The notes: a model not told the origin generated them from the letters alone. A stretch of DNA of 64,000 bases from an uncultured Actinomycetota bacterium (GCA_963851405.1 CAWKPB010000007.1:268780-332779), one strand, 5' to 3'. Counted from the stretch's first letter, positions 29,044 to 39,451 are shown. Made by a program: numbers and translations.

Positions 29044-29667
29044 TCAGGAGAGTTCGGCAGCACCGAAGGACACTCGGAATCGTTGGCACCAGATGCTGAC
29101 GCTGGTCAGCTCTTCGAGGTCGACGGAGTTGGGTAGGGCGTAGTTCTGATTGCCCTGATTGCCCTTCAGCGCCCCTAGGTCGACATAGGCCCCGTCATCG
29201 AAGACGAACCACCCGTCCCTCCCCTCGATCACTGGAGCATCGGTGATCCAGACTCGAAGGTCGGGGCCATTTGATGTGTCCAAGCCTTCGATGCGAAGCA
29301 CCCTCGAGCCGTCCTCGAGTTCGAGAACCCGAACCTGCCCGGTGGTGCCGTGCTCGTGGCTGATGAAAGCGCCACTCGCCAACTCGACGGGGCCAACCGA
29401 TGACGGTACGGGCTCCGCGGATGGCTCCGGACTATTGGAGCCATTGGGGGAAGGTGACGTGCTCTCCGTTGACGTCGGCGCGGTCGCCGCGGGGACCGCT
29501 GTGGGGAGAGCCTCATCCACCACCTCGTTGGTGAACAACGTCCAGGGCTCGAACAGGTACAGCGCAACGGCAAACATGGCCGCGAAGACCAGGCCCACGG
29601 GGACGAGGACCGCCGGGCGCGCCCAGGCGCGGCGTCGATTCCCCTGTGGTGCTTGGTCGCTCGTCAT
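29044..29667 (-). CDS. DM13-domain protein with N-terminal membrane anchor
   Basis: Internal ATG at residue 33 of ORF 29044..29763; TM helix AVLVPVGLVFAAMFAVALYLF; Ser/Pro-rich linker; C-terminal GQVRVLELEDGSRVLRIEGLDTSNGPDLRVWI, resembling the DM13 fold. Confidence 0.6.
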   Translation of the reverse strand: MTSDQAPQGNRRRAWARPAVLVPVGLVFAAMFAVALYLFEPWTLFTNEVVDEALPTAVPAATAPTSTESTSPSPNGSNSPEPSAEPVPSSVGPVELASGAFISHEHGTTGQVRVLELEDGSRVLRIEGLDTSNGPDLRVWITDAPVIEGRDGWFVFDDGAYVDLGALKGNQGNQNYALPNSVDLEELTSVSIWCQRFRVSFGAAELS

Positions 29668-29784
29668 GACTCCCCTAGGGATCGACCGATCGGTTGCGAT
29701 CAGGCTAAGGGGAGCGGTTGCTGGTGCGGATCGCCGTGAGCGTGGTCGGGTATCGTTCGTCACCGCTCGGTAACCTCGGGCGAC

Positions 29785-29857
<73 letters not shown>

Positions 29858-30047
29858 CCGATGCCTCCTCGTGGCTTGCCCTCATCAGGCGAGGACGTAC
29901 TCCAAATGTGCCTGCGCTCCCTCGCCAGCGCCCCAGCACGCGAGCGCGGAAGGGGACGCGGAAGGGGATGAGTGATCTCGCGCGGCCGGCCCGGGGTATT
30001 TCAGGGTCTTCTGGTCCCGCGCTGGCAAGGCACCTACGCTCGGTCGG

Positions 30048-30698
30048 GTGCTTCCCGCGCCGGACTTGGAGTCGCTGGCGGCGATCGCGGTCTACGCGAT
30101 CGTCTGGTCCTTCATCTTCGCCGAGTGCGGGCTGTTCGTCGGCTTCTTGCTCCCCGGCGACACGGTCTTGTTCGCCTCGGGCTTGGTGGCGGCCGCACCG
30201 AACAGTGGAGTCAACATCTGGCTGCTGTGCGCCGGCTCGCTGGTGGCCGCAGTAGCTGGTGACCAGGTTGGCTATCACCTGGGGAAACGGTATGGCAGGT
30301 CTTGGGCGCTGCACCGAGGGGAGGGCCGCATCGCCGGCCACCTGAATCGGGCTGAGCGGTTCTACACCCGATTCGGCTTATGGGCTGTGGTCATCGCTCG
30401 GTGGATTCCGTGGGCACGCACCTTCGTGCCAGGCGTGGCGGGCGCCGCTGACATGGCGCGTGGGAAGTTCCTCGTAGCAAATGTCGCTGGGGCGATCCCA
30501 TGGGCCGTCGGTGTCACGCTGGCGGGGTATGGCACAGCGACCGTCGCGTGGGTTCGCGGGCTCTCGGTGGCCTTGATCGTGTTGAGCCTGTTGCTGGTGA
30601 TCACTGGCGCCGTGGTGTTCGGTGTCCGGACCCGCCGAAGGGGGGAGACCTCCTCAGCTGGTGACAGCGACGGGCCGGCTTCTTTCGGAGGTGTCTGA
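30048..30698 (+). CDS. DedA-family membrane protein
   Basis: GTG start; FLLPGDTVLFASG and ...VIARWIPWARTFVPGVAG are DedA/SNARE-associated signatures. Confidence 0.8.
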   Translation: MLPAPDLESLAAIAVYAIVWSFIFAECGLFVGFLLPGDTVLFASGLVAAAPNSGVNIWLLCAGSLVAAVAGDQVGYHLGKRYGRSWALHRGEGRIAGHLNRAERFYTRFGLWAVVIARWIPWARTFVPGVAGAADMARGKFLVANVAGAIPWAVGVTLAGYGTATVAWVRGLSVALIVLSLLLVITGAVVFGVRTRRRGETSSAGDSDGPASFGGV

Positions 30699-33398
30699 GC
30701 TGCCGAGGAACGCTTCGATGACGCGAGGGTCGCTCTGGACCACGTCGGCCGTCCCTTCCGCGATGACAGCGCCTAGGTCGAGAGCCACGAATCGATCGCA
30801 CACGGCCCTGAGCAGGGTCATGTCATGGTCGATCACGATCATGGTCACTCCGAGTTCGTTGTTGACGTAGCGCAACAGCTCGGCCAGCGCCGGGATCTCG
30901 GAGTGCGCAATCCCGGCCGATGGTTCGTCCAGGAGCAAGACGTCCGGTCCGAGGACAAGGTCACAGCCAAGCTCTGTGAGGCGCCGCAGCCCGGTCGGGA
31001 GAGAGGCGATCGTCTCCCTACGGTAGTCCGTCAACCCCAGTGCTTCGAGAACGACCGCGGGATCGGTCCCCGTCTTTGTTCGCCGGTGGGCGACGGCCAA
31101 CGTCTCCTCGACGGTGAGAGTGGGGAACAGCGCCGCGTTCTGAAAGCTGCGGACGAGGCCGCGTCGAGCGCGCCCCTGGGGCGTGATCGACGTGACGTTT
31201 CGTCCGCGCAGCCTGGTCTGCCCGGAGTCGGGTCGAACGAATCCGGACGCGATCTCAAACAGCGTGGTCTTCCCCGCTCCGTTCGGCCCGATCAAAGCCA
31301 CGGATTCCCCGGCATTGACGACGACGTTCACCCCTCGAACGGCCTGGATGCCTCCAAAGGATCGCGCGATGTCGATCAATTCCAGTGCTGGGTCGTTGGC
31401 TAGTCCTCCCCTGTGTGGTGCCGCGGGCAGCTGGGAGGGGCTGACCGTCGTGGACTTCGGCATCACGCGTGGCGCGTCTCGGACTGGTGTCGGGTCCACG
31501 CCGCGCAGCCGCACGTACTCCTCGACCAGCCAGTCTCGGATCGGTGACAACACCGCCACCAACCCGCCCGAGCGCATGACGACCAACAACAAGAACAGCA
31601 GTTGCAGGATGGCGGTCGGGACGACACCCAGCCCCGCGATAAGGGGCAGGCCAACGACGACGAGGGCACCGATGACCGGTCCCGTCGTGACGGCGAGACC
31701 ACCGACGATCGCCAAAACGACGACCTCGATCGACGCGGTGGCAGGGAACTGCTCCGGAGTTACGAGCTGCTGAGAATGCGCGAGCAGCGACCCGCCGAGC
31801 CCGGCGATTCCTCCGGCTACGGCGAAGGCTTGCAGTTTGCGCCGCTTAACGGGAACCCCGAGCGCTTGGGCGGACTTCTCGTTGTCGCGGATGGCCACCC
31901 AGTCGCGTCCGAGCTGGCTTCCGATGATCCATCGGGTCGCGATCACTGCGAGGACGAGTATCCCGAGGGCCAGCTGGTAATAGAGCGCTGAGTCATCCAA
32001 GCGGAAGGGCCCAATGACCGGCTGAACCGTCTCCCGCCCGCTGCCAAGTGCCCACTCCTGGGGCAGCAGCCACGAACGACCGGCGAGCGCGAAGGCCAAG
32101 GAAACGATGGCCACGACGAACCCGCGTGCGCGAAGGCTGGGGAGTCCGATCACGACCGATACGGCGGCCGCCGTCACCACTGCTGCGAGCGGTCCAAGGA
32201 CGAAGACCCCCGTAGCGGCGACGACCTTGACCGACGCGACGGCGCCGGCCCCGGCCACGGCGAATTGGCCAAGCGAAAGTTGGCCCGCGCGCCCTGTAAG
32301 CACCAGCACCGAGAGACCGACGATCGCGAAGGAGAGGGTCGCGGTCAAAGCGAAGGAGGATGAGCTATCCAGGAATCGTGGCACCCACAGAGCTGCAATG
32401 GCGACCACCAGCGCGCCAGCCAGGGTGCCGAAGTGCCGCACCGCGAAGAAGCGGAGGAACGGCTCTGGAATGCGCGGGAGAGCCAGCGCCGTCCAGTCAC
32501 CGTCATCGTCGGACTCTCGGCCGCTGGACGGAGGGAGCACCATCAAGACGACGAGGGCGACGGCCATCAGAATGAGATCGATGGCTCCGCTCGTGGCGTT
32601 GGCTGTCCGTACGACGGTGTCGACCACGCCGATGGCCACACCGGCTAGGAAAGCGACAGTCACGCTCTCGAAGCGGGCGACGGCGGCGGCCACCAAGCCG
32701 CGAAGCATGAGCGACGGGCCGAGAATCACCAGTGCGCCAAAGCCCTGCGTGGGCCAGAGCAGGATGGCGGCGAACGCAGCGATACCGCCCGCTAGAGCCC
32801 AGGTCCTGCCTGCGACCACGCTGGGTGAGATTCCCAAGCTGTATGCGGCGTCCGGGTTGCTCGCTGTAGCCCGGATCGCCAGGCCGAAGGAGGTTCGCCG
32901 GAGCAGGACGAGCAATCCAAGGACGAGAAGCGGGCTGAGGATGAGTAAGGCGGCATACGGTGGCGTGACTACGAGACCCGCGACCGTGAAGGACGGGAAT
33001 CCTGCCGGTTGTGGGTACTGAGAACCCAGCTGCGCATCGCTGTTGATCGCGAACCCTGCGGCGAGCAGGAACTGACTGAGCAGAAGGGTGACCCCCACTC
33101 CGAGCAACCGCGGCTGACCCTCCAGGCGCCGCACGATGGTGGCCTCGACGGCGGCAGCAATGCCAGCTGCAACCAGCAATCCCACGACGAACGCGATCCA
33201 ATACGGAACGCCGTACTGGACGACCAAGGTCCCGACCAACGCCCCACCAAAAGCGCCCAGCGCGCCTTGGGCGAAATTGATGAACTTGCTGACCTTGTAG
33301 ATCAGGACGAGGCCCACGGCGAGGAGGCCGTAGGGGATCCCGACGACAATCCCCTGCAGCAGGACGGCGACCGACAGATCCATGCCGAAGACGGTCAT
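30654..33398 (-). CDS. fused branched-chain amino acid ABC transporter: LivH-like permease + LivM-like permease + LivG-like ATPase
   Basis: 914 aa; two successive roughly 300-aa polytopic permease domains, then Walker A GPNGAGKTTLFE, LSGG-like signature and Walker B VLLLDEPSAG. Confidence 0.85.
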   Translation of the reverse strand: MTVFGMDLSVAVLLQGIVVGIPYGLLAVGLVLIYKVSKFINFAQGALGAFGGALVGTLVVQYGVPYWIAFVVGLLVAAGIAAAVEATIVRRLEGQPRLLGVGVTLLLSQFLLAAGFAINSDAQLGSQYPQPAGFPSFTVAGLVVTPPYAALLILSPLLVLGLLVLLRRTSFGLAIRATASNPDAAYSLGISPSVVAGRTWALAGGIAAFAAILLWPTQGFGALVILGPSLMLRGLVAAAVARFESVTVAFLAGVAIGVVDTVVRTANATSGAIDLILMAVALVVLMVLPPSSGRESDDDGDWTALALPRIPEPFLRFFAVRHFGTLAGALVVAIAALWVPRFLDSSSSFALTATLSFAIVGLSVLVLTGRAGQLSLGQFAVAGAGAVASVKVVAATGVFVLGPLAAVVTAAAVSVVIGLPSLRARGFVVAIVSLAFALAGRSWLLPQEWALGSGRETVQPVIGPFRLDDSALYYQLALGILVLAVIATRWIIGSQLGRDWVAIRDNEKSAQALGVPVKRRKLQAFAVAGGIAGLGGSLLAHSQQLVTPEQFPATASIEVVVLAIVGGLAVTTGPVIGALVVVGLPLIAGLGVVPTAILQLLFLLLVVMRSGGLVAVLSPIRDWLVEEYVRLRGVDPTPVRDAPRVMPKSTTVSPSQLPAAPHRGGLANDPALELIDIARSFGGIQAVRGVNVVVNAGESVALIGPNGAGKTTLFEIASGFVRPDSGQTRLRGRNVTSITPQGRARRGLVRSFQNAALFPTLTVEETLAVAHRRTKTGTDPAVVLEALGLTDYRRETIASLPTGLRRLTELGCDLVLGPDVLLLDEPSAGIAHSEIPALAELLRYVNNELGVTMIVIDHDMTLLRAVCDRFVALDLGAVIAEGTADVVQSDPRVIEAFLGSSDTSERSRPVAVTS

Positions 33399-34714
33399 GC
33401 CTGTGCCTCAGCCATCTCGACCGTTCCGGCCAGGTAGGCGCGGGTCAGTAGGTCGGGGCTTCTCCGGAGGACCTCCGAGGGCTCGGACAGCGTGATCCGA
33501 CCGCGCTCCATGACGAGCACCTGAGAAGCGAGCTGAAGCGCGACGTTTGCGGACTGCTCCACGAGGAGGACCGCCGTGCCGGTTGCGGCGACCGACCTAA
33601 TCAGGTCGACCAATTGGCTCACGATGCGAGGCGCCAGGCCGAGGGAGAACTCGTCGACGAGCAGAACGGCTGGCGGATCGAGAAACGCGCGAGTGAGTGC
33701 CAGCATCTGCTGCTCACCACCGGAGAGGGTGCCGGCCTGCTGGCCCGCTCTTTCGCGAAGCCAAGGAAAGGATGCCTCGACGTGCGCGGTGCGTTCTTCG
33801 CGCGTCCGACGATCCAGCCGGTGCGGAAAACACCGAGAGGTTGTCTGCGACGGTGAGGGGCGGGAACACCGCGTGCCCTCCGACGACGAGGCCCAGTCCC
33901 GAACTCGGCGCGTCCAGCCGGAGTTAGGCCCGTGACGTCGTGCCCGCCCATCGGATCGAGCCCGCGAGAGGACGTTCCAGGCCCGCGAGGGTGCGGAGTG
34001 TGGTCGTCTTGCCTGCTCCGTTGTTCCCGAGCAAAGCCACGATGTGCCGGGCGCGATCGCGAAGGTGACGTCGAAGAGCACCTGTACCGGTCCAAGGGCA
34101 ACGGACAGGCGGTGGCGGCCAGGGCCGGGGGTCGGCGGGTGCGGGTTCGCTGGCGATCGTGTTCCAGGCATCTGCGCATCCGGGGAGACCAGAGTCCGGA
34201 TGTCAGCCTTCAGGGTCGGCCGGTCACTCGGTGGACGGCGCCGAGCGAGGATGAGGGCGACGATCACGTGAATCCCGATCATGACGTACGCGGTGAAAGA
34301 GAGCACGGTGTACATCGGCTCCTTGCCCACCGCGGTCTGCGCCAGCATGAAGACCAGCAGGATGACGTAAGCGGCGTAGCCGTTGATGGTCCGCAGATTC
34401 GCGCGTCGGGGAGGGAATCCGAACACGTAGAAGGAGTAGGCGGCATGCGTGAACAGGACGAGTGTCGCGGTGACCTGGATGGCCACATTGAACGCGGACA
34501 GCCATGAACCGAGCACACCGTCGGGATTCTGATCGTGCAGCCAGCTCACGAGATAGCTCGCGGGAAACACCACGACAAGGGCGACCCCGAGCCGACGGTT
34601 CCAGCGGGTGATGGAACGCTTGCGGCCGGTCCGGGCGACCAGCTGCGCGCTGTTCGCTCGCGTGGCGCACGGGTGCCGCGTGCGGCGGCGGGCCAGGGGC
34701 AGCGTCTGCGCCAC
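33395..34714 (-). pseudogene. disrupted livF-type ABC ATPase (multiple frameshifts) joined in-frame to an upstream roughly 4-TM membrane domain
   Basis: The C-terminal half is intact in frame (TLSGGEQQMLAL..., Walker B LLVDEFSLGLAP, VLLVEQSAN). Walker [35 protein letters not shown] and LGLVVGGHAVFPPLTVADNL each lie in different frames between about 33800 and 34080. The N-terminal roughly 160 residues are hydrophobic and unrelated to LivF. Confidence 0.6.
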
Positions 34715-34849
34715 GGGGTGTTTCGCGGGCGGAACGCGTTCACATTTCGCACAATGTATGACAGGCTCCCTCCGTGCGCGCAGACCCTGACGCGCACGAC
34801 ATTGGGATGACGTCCACCCGAAGGAGCATGCCGCAGGCCCACTCGCGCA

Positions 34850-36176
34850 CGTCCGGCCGGTCGCCCTGCCCTGCTGCTGCCCTGTTTGCTAGCGGCGTGC
34901 ACCACCACCGGATCGACGCCGACCCAACCCGGCGCGGAGGACGCAGCCGCAACGGCGGGAGTGCCCGGGCCGGGGGTCACGGCCGACACGATCACGGTGG
35001 GGTGCTCGTCCTCGCTGGCGCCAACACCGCCGGCTCTGGCGGTTTCGTCGTGTCGCCCCAGGGCGACACGCAAGCAGCAGGCGCAGGTGGTGATCGACAC
35101 ATCAACGATCAGGGGCGGCATCGCCGGCCGACAAGTCAAGCCTGTCTGCGGGAGTTTGACTCCTCGACCTCGTCGCCCACGACAGAGACCGCCGTCTGCA
35201 CGTCGTTTACCCAGGACGACGAGGTGTTCGCGGTGATCGCTGCTCGGCCAGCGCACCAACGCGGCGCGCTCCTGCTACCAGAAGGCCGAGACTACGTTCC
35301 TCGACGTCTCGCAAGCCGCTCAGCCGTCCTCGATCTACACGGAATCTCGCGCCGTACTACTGGACGCCGAACTCGGTGCCCTCGACTCGCGACGAAGAGC
35401 TGATCACGGACCTAGGCGCGAGTGACGGCTTCTGCCGGGGCGCCAAGGTCGGCGTCCTCGTCGAGAAGGATCCGAGCTTCGAGGGCGTCTACGACGAAGT
35501 TGTGACCCCGGCACTGCAGCAGCTCGGGGCCACGGCAGTCCCGCGGACGATCGACCAGAGCACCTCGGAGAACGCGATTCGCCACGGCGGGCGTCCGCGG
35601 CCTCGTCCTTCCAGAAGGCGCGGGGTCGACCATGTGCTGTTCCTCGGGCGACCGGACAACGTGGGGCTACTTCACGACCTTCACCGACTCAGCAGAACTA
35701 CTACCCGACGCTCGATCCGGCGCTTCGAGACACCCAAGTTCATGGCGCAGAACCCGTCCGTGTATCCGGCGAAGTCGCTGTCTGGCGCTCAGGGAATCGG
35801 ATTCTTGCCCGACGTCGATGAGGTCCCCGACTACGCCTTCCCTGCCCCCGGTGCGGAGACCACCTGCATCAACATCTTGGGAGATGCTGGCATCACCTTC
35901 GAGGGTCGAGCCGAGGCGAAGACCGCGCTGCGATTCTGTGACGGCCTGATGTTCCTAAAAACCGTGGGAGACCAGATTGGGCCCGATGGGGTGATGAACG
36001 CAGCGAACATGGCCGCGGTCGCGGCTGGCCTCGGGTCTACGTGGCAGGCGGCCACCACCCTGGGGACGTCGTTTGGGACCGAGGGTGCCACGACGTACGC
36101 GCCTGGAGCCGGGTACCGGACTCTCGTCTACGACGGAGTGTTTGCCTACGACGGCGACACCAAGAACTTCAGCTGA
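34850..36176 (+). pseudogene. disrupted Liv-type periplasmic substrate-binding lipoprotein (at least four frameshifts)
   Basis: Lipoprotein signal LLLPCLLAACTTTGS and GVTADTITVG in one frame; VLVLAGANTAGSGG and TQDDEVFAVIAA in a second; GIAGRQVKP in the first again. The 3-prime 800 nt (ORF 35376..36176) is a single frame resembling the SBP C-terminal lobe. Confidence 0.55.
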
Positions 36177-36188
36177 GGAGGACGAGAG

Positions 36189-36932
36189 ATGTCGATGTCT
36201 GCGCAGAACTGGTTCTTCTTGCTCCTGGCCTGCGCCGCAGTGGGCTTGATGGTTCTCGCCATTCGAACGGCACACCGCGGGAAGGCGGTGAAGGTCTCAG
36301 ACTCGTGGCTGCTCGTTGTGGTGCTGACGGGGCTCGTCTACGACAACGCGATGCTGGCTTTCGGATCGAGCCTCGGCGAGGGCACCCTGACCATGGTGCT
36401 GTCCGCGCCACGCTTCGTCCTCCACGGTCTCTTCACGCCGCTGCTCATCATGTTCGCGGCGCTCTCCGCTGATCGCATGGACGTGCCTGGGTATCGGGAC
36501 AGAGAACGAATCACGCTCTGGGGGGCGATCGCATTCGTCGCCGTCTTGGTGGGCCTGGTCAACGACATCGTGCAGTTGTCACTGACCCCGACGGTCAGTC
36601 AGGGGATTCTCAGCTACAAACACCTGGACGGCGGACCACCTGTGGCGGAGATCATTACGGTCGTCTCCTTGCTCGTGATCGGCGGTGTGATGCAGCGGTA
36701 TGCGCGTTGGCCGTGGGTCTTCGTTGGAGCCGCCCAGATGTTCGTCATCGCCGCGTTCTACGTGTCCAACACCTTCCTCGCGAATCTCGGCGAGCTCGTG
36801 TTGCTCTCCTGCATGGTCGCGACCGGGATGGCAGCGGTGACCCGCACTGCAGCGGAGCGAGATGCGCGCCGGGAGGCCGCGCTGAGTCGTCGCTCGAAGC
36901 GGAGCCCGACGCCAATGTCCACCGGATCATGA
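36189..36932 (+). CDS. integral membrane protein (hypothetical, 6-7 TM)
   Basis: 247 aa, mostly hydrophobic helices, RBS-like ggagga upstream; no recognisable motif. Confidence 0.5.
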   Translation: MSMSAQNWFFLLLACAAVGLMVLAIRTAHRGKAVKVSDSWLLVVVLTGLVYDNAMLAFGSSLGEGTLTMVLSAPRFVLHGLFTPLLIMFAALSADRMDVPGYRDRERITLWGAIAFVAVLVGLVNDIVQLSLTPTVSQGILSYKHLDGGPPVAEIITVVSLLVIGGVMQRYARWPWVFVGAAQMFVIAAFYVSNTFLANLGELVLLSCMVATGMAAVTRTAAERDARREAALSRRSKRSPTPMSTGS

Positions 36933-37002
36933 GCCGCCGGCAAGGCGGTCTCAAACGCGCACGCAGTGCCCCAGAGGTCTGGCCGTACGCAAGGATGACG
37001 CC

Positions 37003-37725
37003 ATGTCCGTAGCCGGCGCCTCGCCACCCGTCGCTGGTCTGGATCGGGGCACGCTACGTGAGCGGTTGGCGGCCATCATCCGCACGGACATCGTCGCCGG
37101 TGTCTTCAAACAAGGTGAGCAGTTGCGTACGGAGACCTTGGTCAGCCGCTACAACGTGAGCAATACCCCTGTACGAGAAGCTCTCGGAGTCCTCGCTAGT
37201 GAGGGCTTGGTGGAGATGCGGACCAACCGCGGGGCCTGGGTCAGCCAGGTGACCAAGAACGACGCCGAGGGGCTGCTCCAGGTGGCTGCGCTGCTCAACG
37301 TGACGGCGTACGAGCGGGGGATCCCGCGCCTGACGGACACCGACATCGCGTTGCTCAGTCAGCACGCTGACGAGGCGATGCGCGCTCAGTTGGCTGGAGA
37401 CGTGCCGCGCGCCATGGGGTGTGCCCACCGGATCCACGACGTGGTTCTTAGCGCCGCCGGCAACCCTGAGTTGGTTCGCATCCTGCGCCAGATCCAGCCA
37501 CGGCTCGATCGGCTGGTTCGGATGCTGTACACCGCTGACGGCTCCGCTGAGCGTCGTGGCGTCCCGATCACTGCCGCCGAGACCGACCACTTGGCCATCG
37601 TGCGAGCGCTGGAGGCCGGCCACCGCGACGAGGCGATCGGGTTGGTCCGCGGGGCTTGGGAGGCGTTCGTGCAGGCCGTGGCGTTGGCCCCTGAGGCCGC
37701 GTTCGCGGACCAGCTGAGCCAGTAG
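37003..37725 (+). CDS. GntR-family transcriptional regulator (FadR/FCD subfamily)
   Basis: wHTH LRTETLVSRYNVSNTPVREALGVLASEGLVE followed by an all-helical FCD-like C-domain. Confidence 0.85.
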   Translation: MSVAGASPPVAGLDRGTLRERLAAIIRTDIVAGVFKQGEQLRTETLVSRYNVSNTPVREALGVLASEGLVEMRTNRGAWVSQVTKNDAEGLLQVAALLNVTAYERGIPRLTDTDIALLSQHADEAMRAQLAGDVPRAMGCAHRIHDVVLSAAGNPELVRILRQIQPRLDRLVRMLYTADGSAERRGVPITAAETDHLAIVRALEAGHRDEAIGLVRGAWEAFVQAVALAPEAAFADQLSQ

Positions 37726-37842
37726 GGCTCTTCGGCTTTCGCAGGATTTAGCAAAATGCTTGATCTGAGGCTCGAGCCGTGGCAGGGTGACATGTACGGA
37801 ACATGGTTCCACCCACTGAGACAACTTCCGTTGGAGTCAGAC

Positions 37843-38349
37843 ATGCACAAGACGGCCCTCGCCCGAGGCGCGACTGGCGCCTTCGCCGCACTCATGCTCG
37901 CGAGCCTCGTGGTCCCGAACACGGCGACCGCGTCAACGACAGCCGCGCCGAGCGTGAAGCAGGCTGGCGTGGAACTTCAGGGCAAGGCGCCTTCGTACAC
38001 CGTGAACAAGCCCGCCCCTTACCGGAAGGGCCAACGCGTGACGGTCACCTTCCGCCACTTCCCCAAGAACAAGACGCTCCTTATCGCGGTCTGCCGCGCC
38101 CGTACCGACTTGTCGCGCGGGGCGGAGGCCGTCGGAGACTGCGCGCCTTTCGCTGGCCCGAGCTCGGAGTTCGCGACCAGCAACGGCAAGGGCAACGGCA
38201 AGGGCAAGGTCACGATTCTGCGCGGCAAGTTGCACGCGGCCAACTGGCCGGGCTACCGCTGTGGAAACAAGAAGAAGAACCGATGCGTCCTCGTCGTGTC
38301 CGACCTGTCGGCAAAGCATGTGGTGAAGAAGAAGCTCACCTACACGTAA
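37843..38349 (+). CDS. secreted protein with one neocarzinostatin-like (NCS-family) beta-sandwich domain
   Basis: ATG at 37843 after ggag; signal peptide ...VVPNTATA; domain GQRVTVTFRHF...IAVCRA...GDCAPF...GKGKVTI...YRCGNKKKNRCVLVVSD, with the four-Cys spacing and V(t)V-x-G...C...C...D pattern of the NCS family. Confidence 0.6.
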   Translation: MHKTALARGATGAFAALMLASLVVPNTATASTTAAPSVKQAGVELQGKAPSYTVNKPAPYRKGQRVTVTFRHFPKNKTLLIAVCRARTDLSRGAEAVGDCAPFAGPSSEFATSNGKGNGKGKVTILRGKLHAANWPGYRCGNKKKNRCVLVVSDLSAKHVVKKKLTYT

Positions 38350-38407
38350 TCAAGGAACAGTCAGCACACAGTCCAGCCAACAGTCCCATCAAGGGGAGGA
38401 ACCCCAC

Positions 38408-39451
38408 GTGTCCAGACTTGCCAAGCGCCTTGCGATCGGCGCCGCCTCTGCGGTCATGGTCGCCGTCGCCCTCGGCTCACCGAGCGTTGCGGCGGCAGCG
38501 CCGTCCCTGACCTTGTCCGACTACGGTCCGTTCGTGAACGGAGACTCGACCACCGTTTCTTGGGACGGCTTCCCGGCGTCGGAGATGGTCATCGTGGCTG
38601 TGTGCAAGAAGGCCACGGTCCTGACCGGACCTGGCGACTGCGCCGGCGCCGCCGACAGCGCCAAGGTGGTGATGTCTTCAGCCGCTGGGGCTGGTTCGGT
38701 CGACCTGACGGTCATCCGCGGGGACCTGGGCTCCACGCCCGCATGGAAGTGTCGCCCCGGGGACGGTCACGAGTGCGACATCGTGGTCTCGAACTTCACG
38801 GGTACCTCCATCGCGAAAACCCCCATTGTGTACGCCGCCACGATCACCTCCCTGTCACCGGATGGTCGCTACGCCGGTGGCGAGACGGTGAAGATCAAAT
38901 TCTCGGGGGCTGGCAAGAACCAGACCAACCCGCCGGTCGCAGCTTTCATCTGTGATGCAGATGTTCCTCTTGGCGACGGCAGCCTGGCCTGTGACTTCAC
39001 TGCCTTTGGTCCCGCCACCGTCGATGCCTCGGGCAACGGAGTGGCCAAACTAACCATTGTTCGCGGGGCGATCGGCAATGCCCTCGGTTCGAAGTGTGGG
39101 AACAAGGCTGGAAACAAGTGCGACATCGTGATCACGGACTTCAATGGACGCCTCTTGGCCACCACGCCGATCAAGTTCTTCAAGCAGCAGTCGGTTGATG
39201 GGGTGCCGAAGAAGGTCGTTCGGGGCGAGAAGGTCTCACTCCCGCGTGAGACGGTCCAGGGCAAGAAGCTCAAGTGGGTCAGCAAGTCCGAGGCGACCTG
39301 TGTCATCAAGAAGGTGTCGAAGAACGGGAAGACGACCTACAAGGCCAAGGGCCTCAAGGTCGGGACCTGCTCGCTCGTCGCCAAGGCGAACGGCGGCGCG
39401 AAGTACGCCTCGCTGCGTTCGCCTGAGTCGCTGAAGGTCGTCAAGCCCTAA
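38408..39451 (+). CDS. secreted protein with two tandem neocarzinostatin-like domains plus a C-terminal Lys-rich beta domain
   Basis: GTG start after aaggggagga; signal peptide; two repeats each with ...VAVCKK...GDCAGA...KCRPGDGHECDIVVSNF and ...AAFICDAD...LACDF...KCGNKAGNKCDIVITDF; paralog of the preceding gene. Confidence 0.6.
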   Translation: MSRLAKRLAIGAASAVMVAVALGSPSVAAAAPSLTLSDYGPFVNGDSTTVSWDGFPASEMVIVAVCKKATVLTGPGDCAGAADSAKVVMSSAAGAGSVDLTVIRGDLGSTPAWKCRPGDGHECDIVVSNFTGTSIAKTPIVYAATITSLSPDGRYAGGETVKIKFSGAGKNQTNPPVAAFICDADVPLGDGSLACDFTAFGPATVDASGNGVAKLTIVRGAIGNALGSKCGNKAGNKCDIVITDFNGRLLATTPIKFFKQQSVDGVPKKVVRGEKVSLPRETVQGKKLKWVSKSEATCVIKKVSKNGKTTYKAKGLKVGTCSLVAKANGGAKYASLRSPESLKVVKP

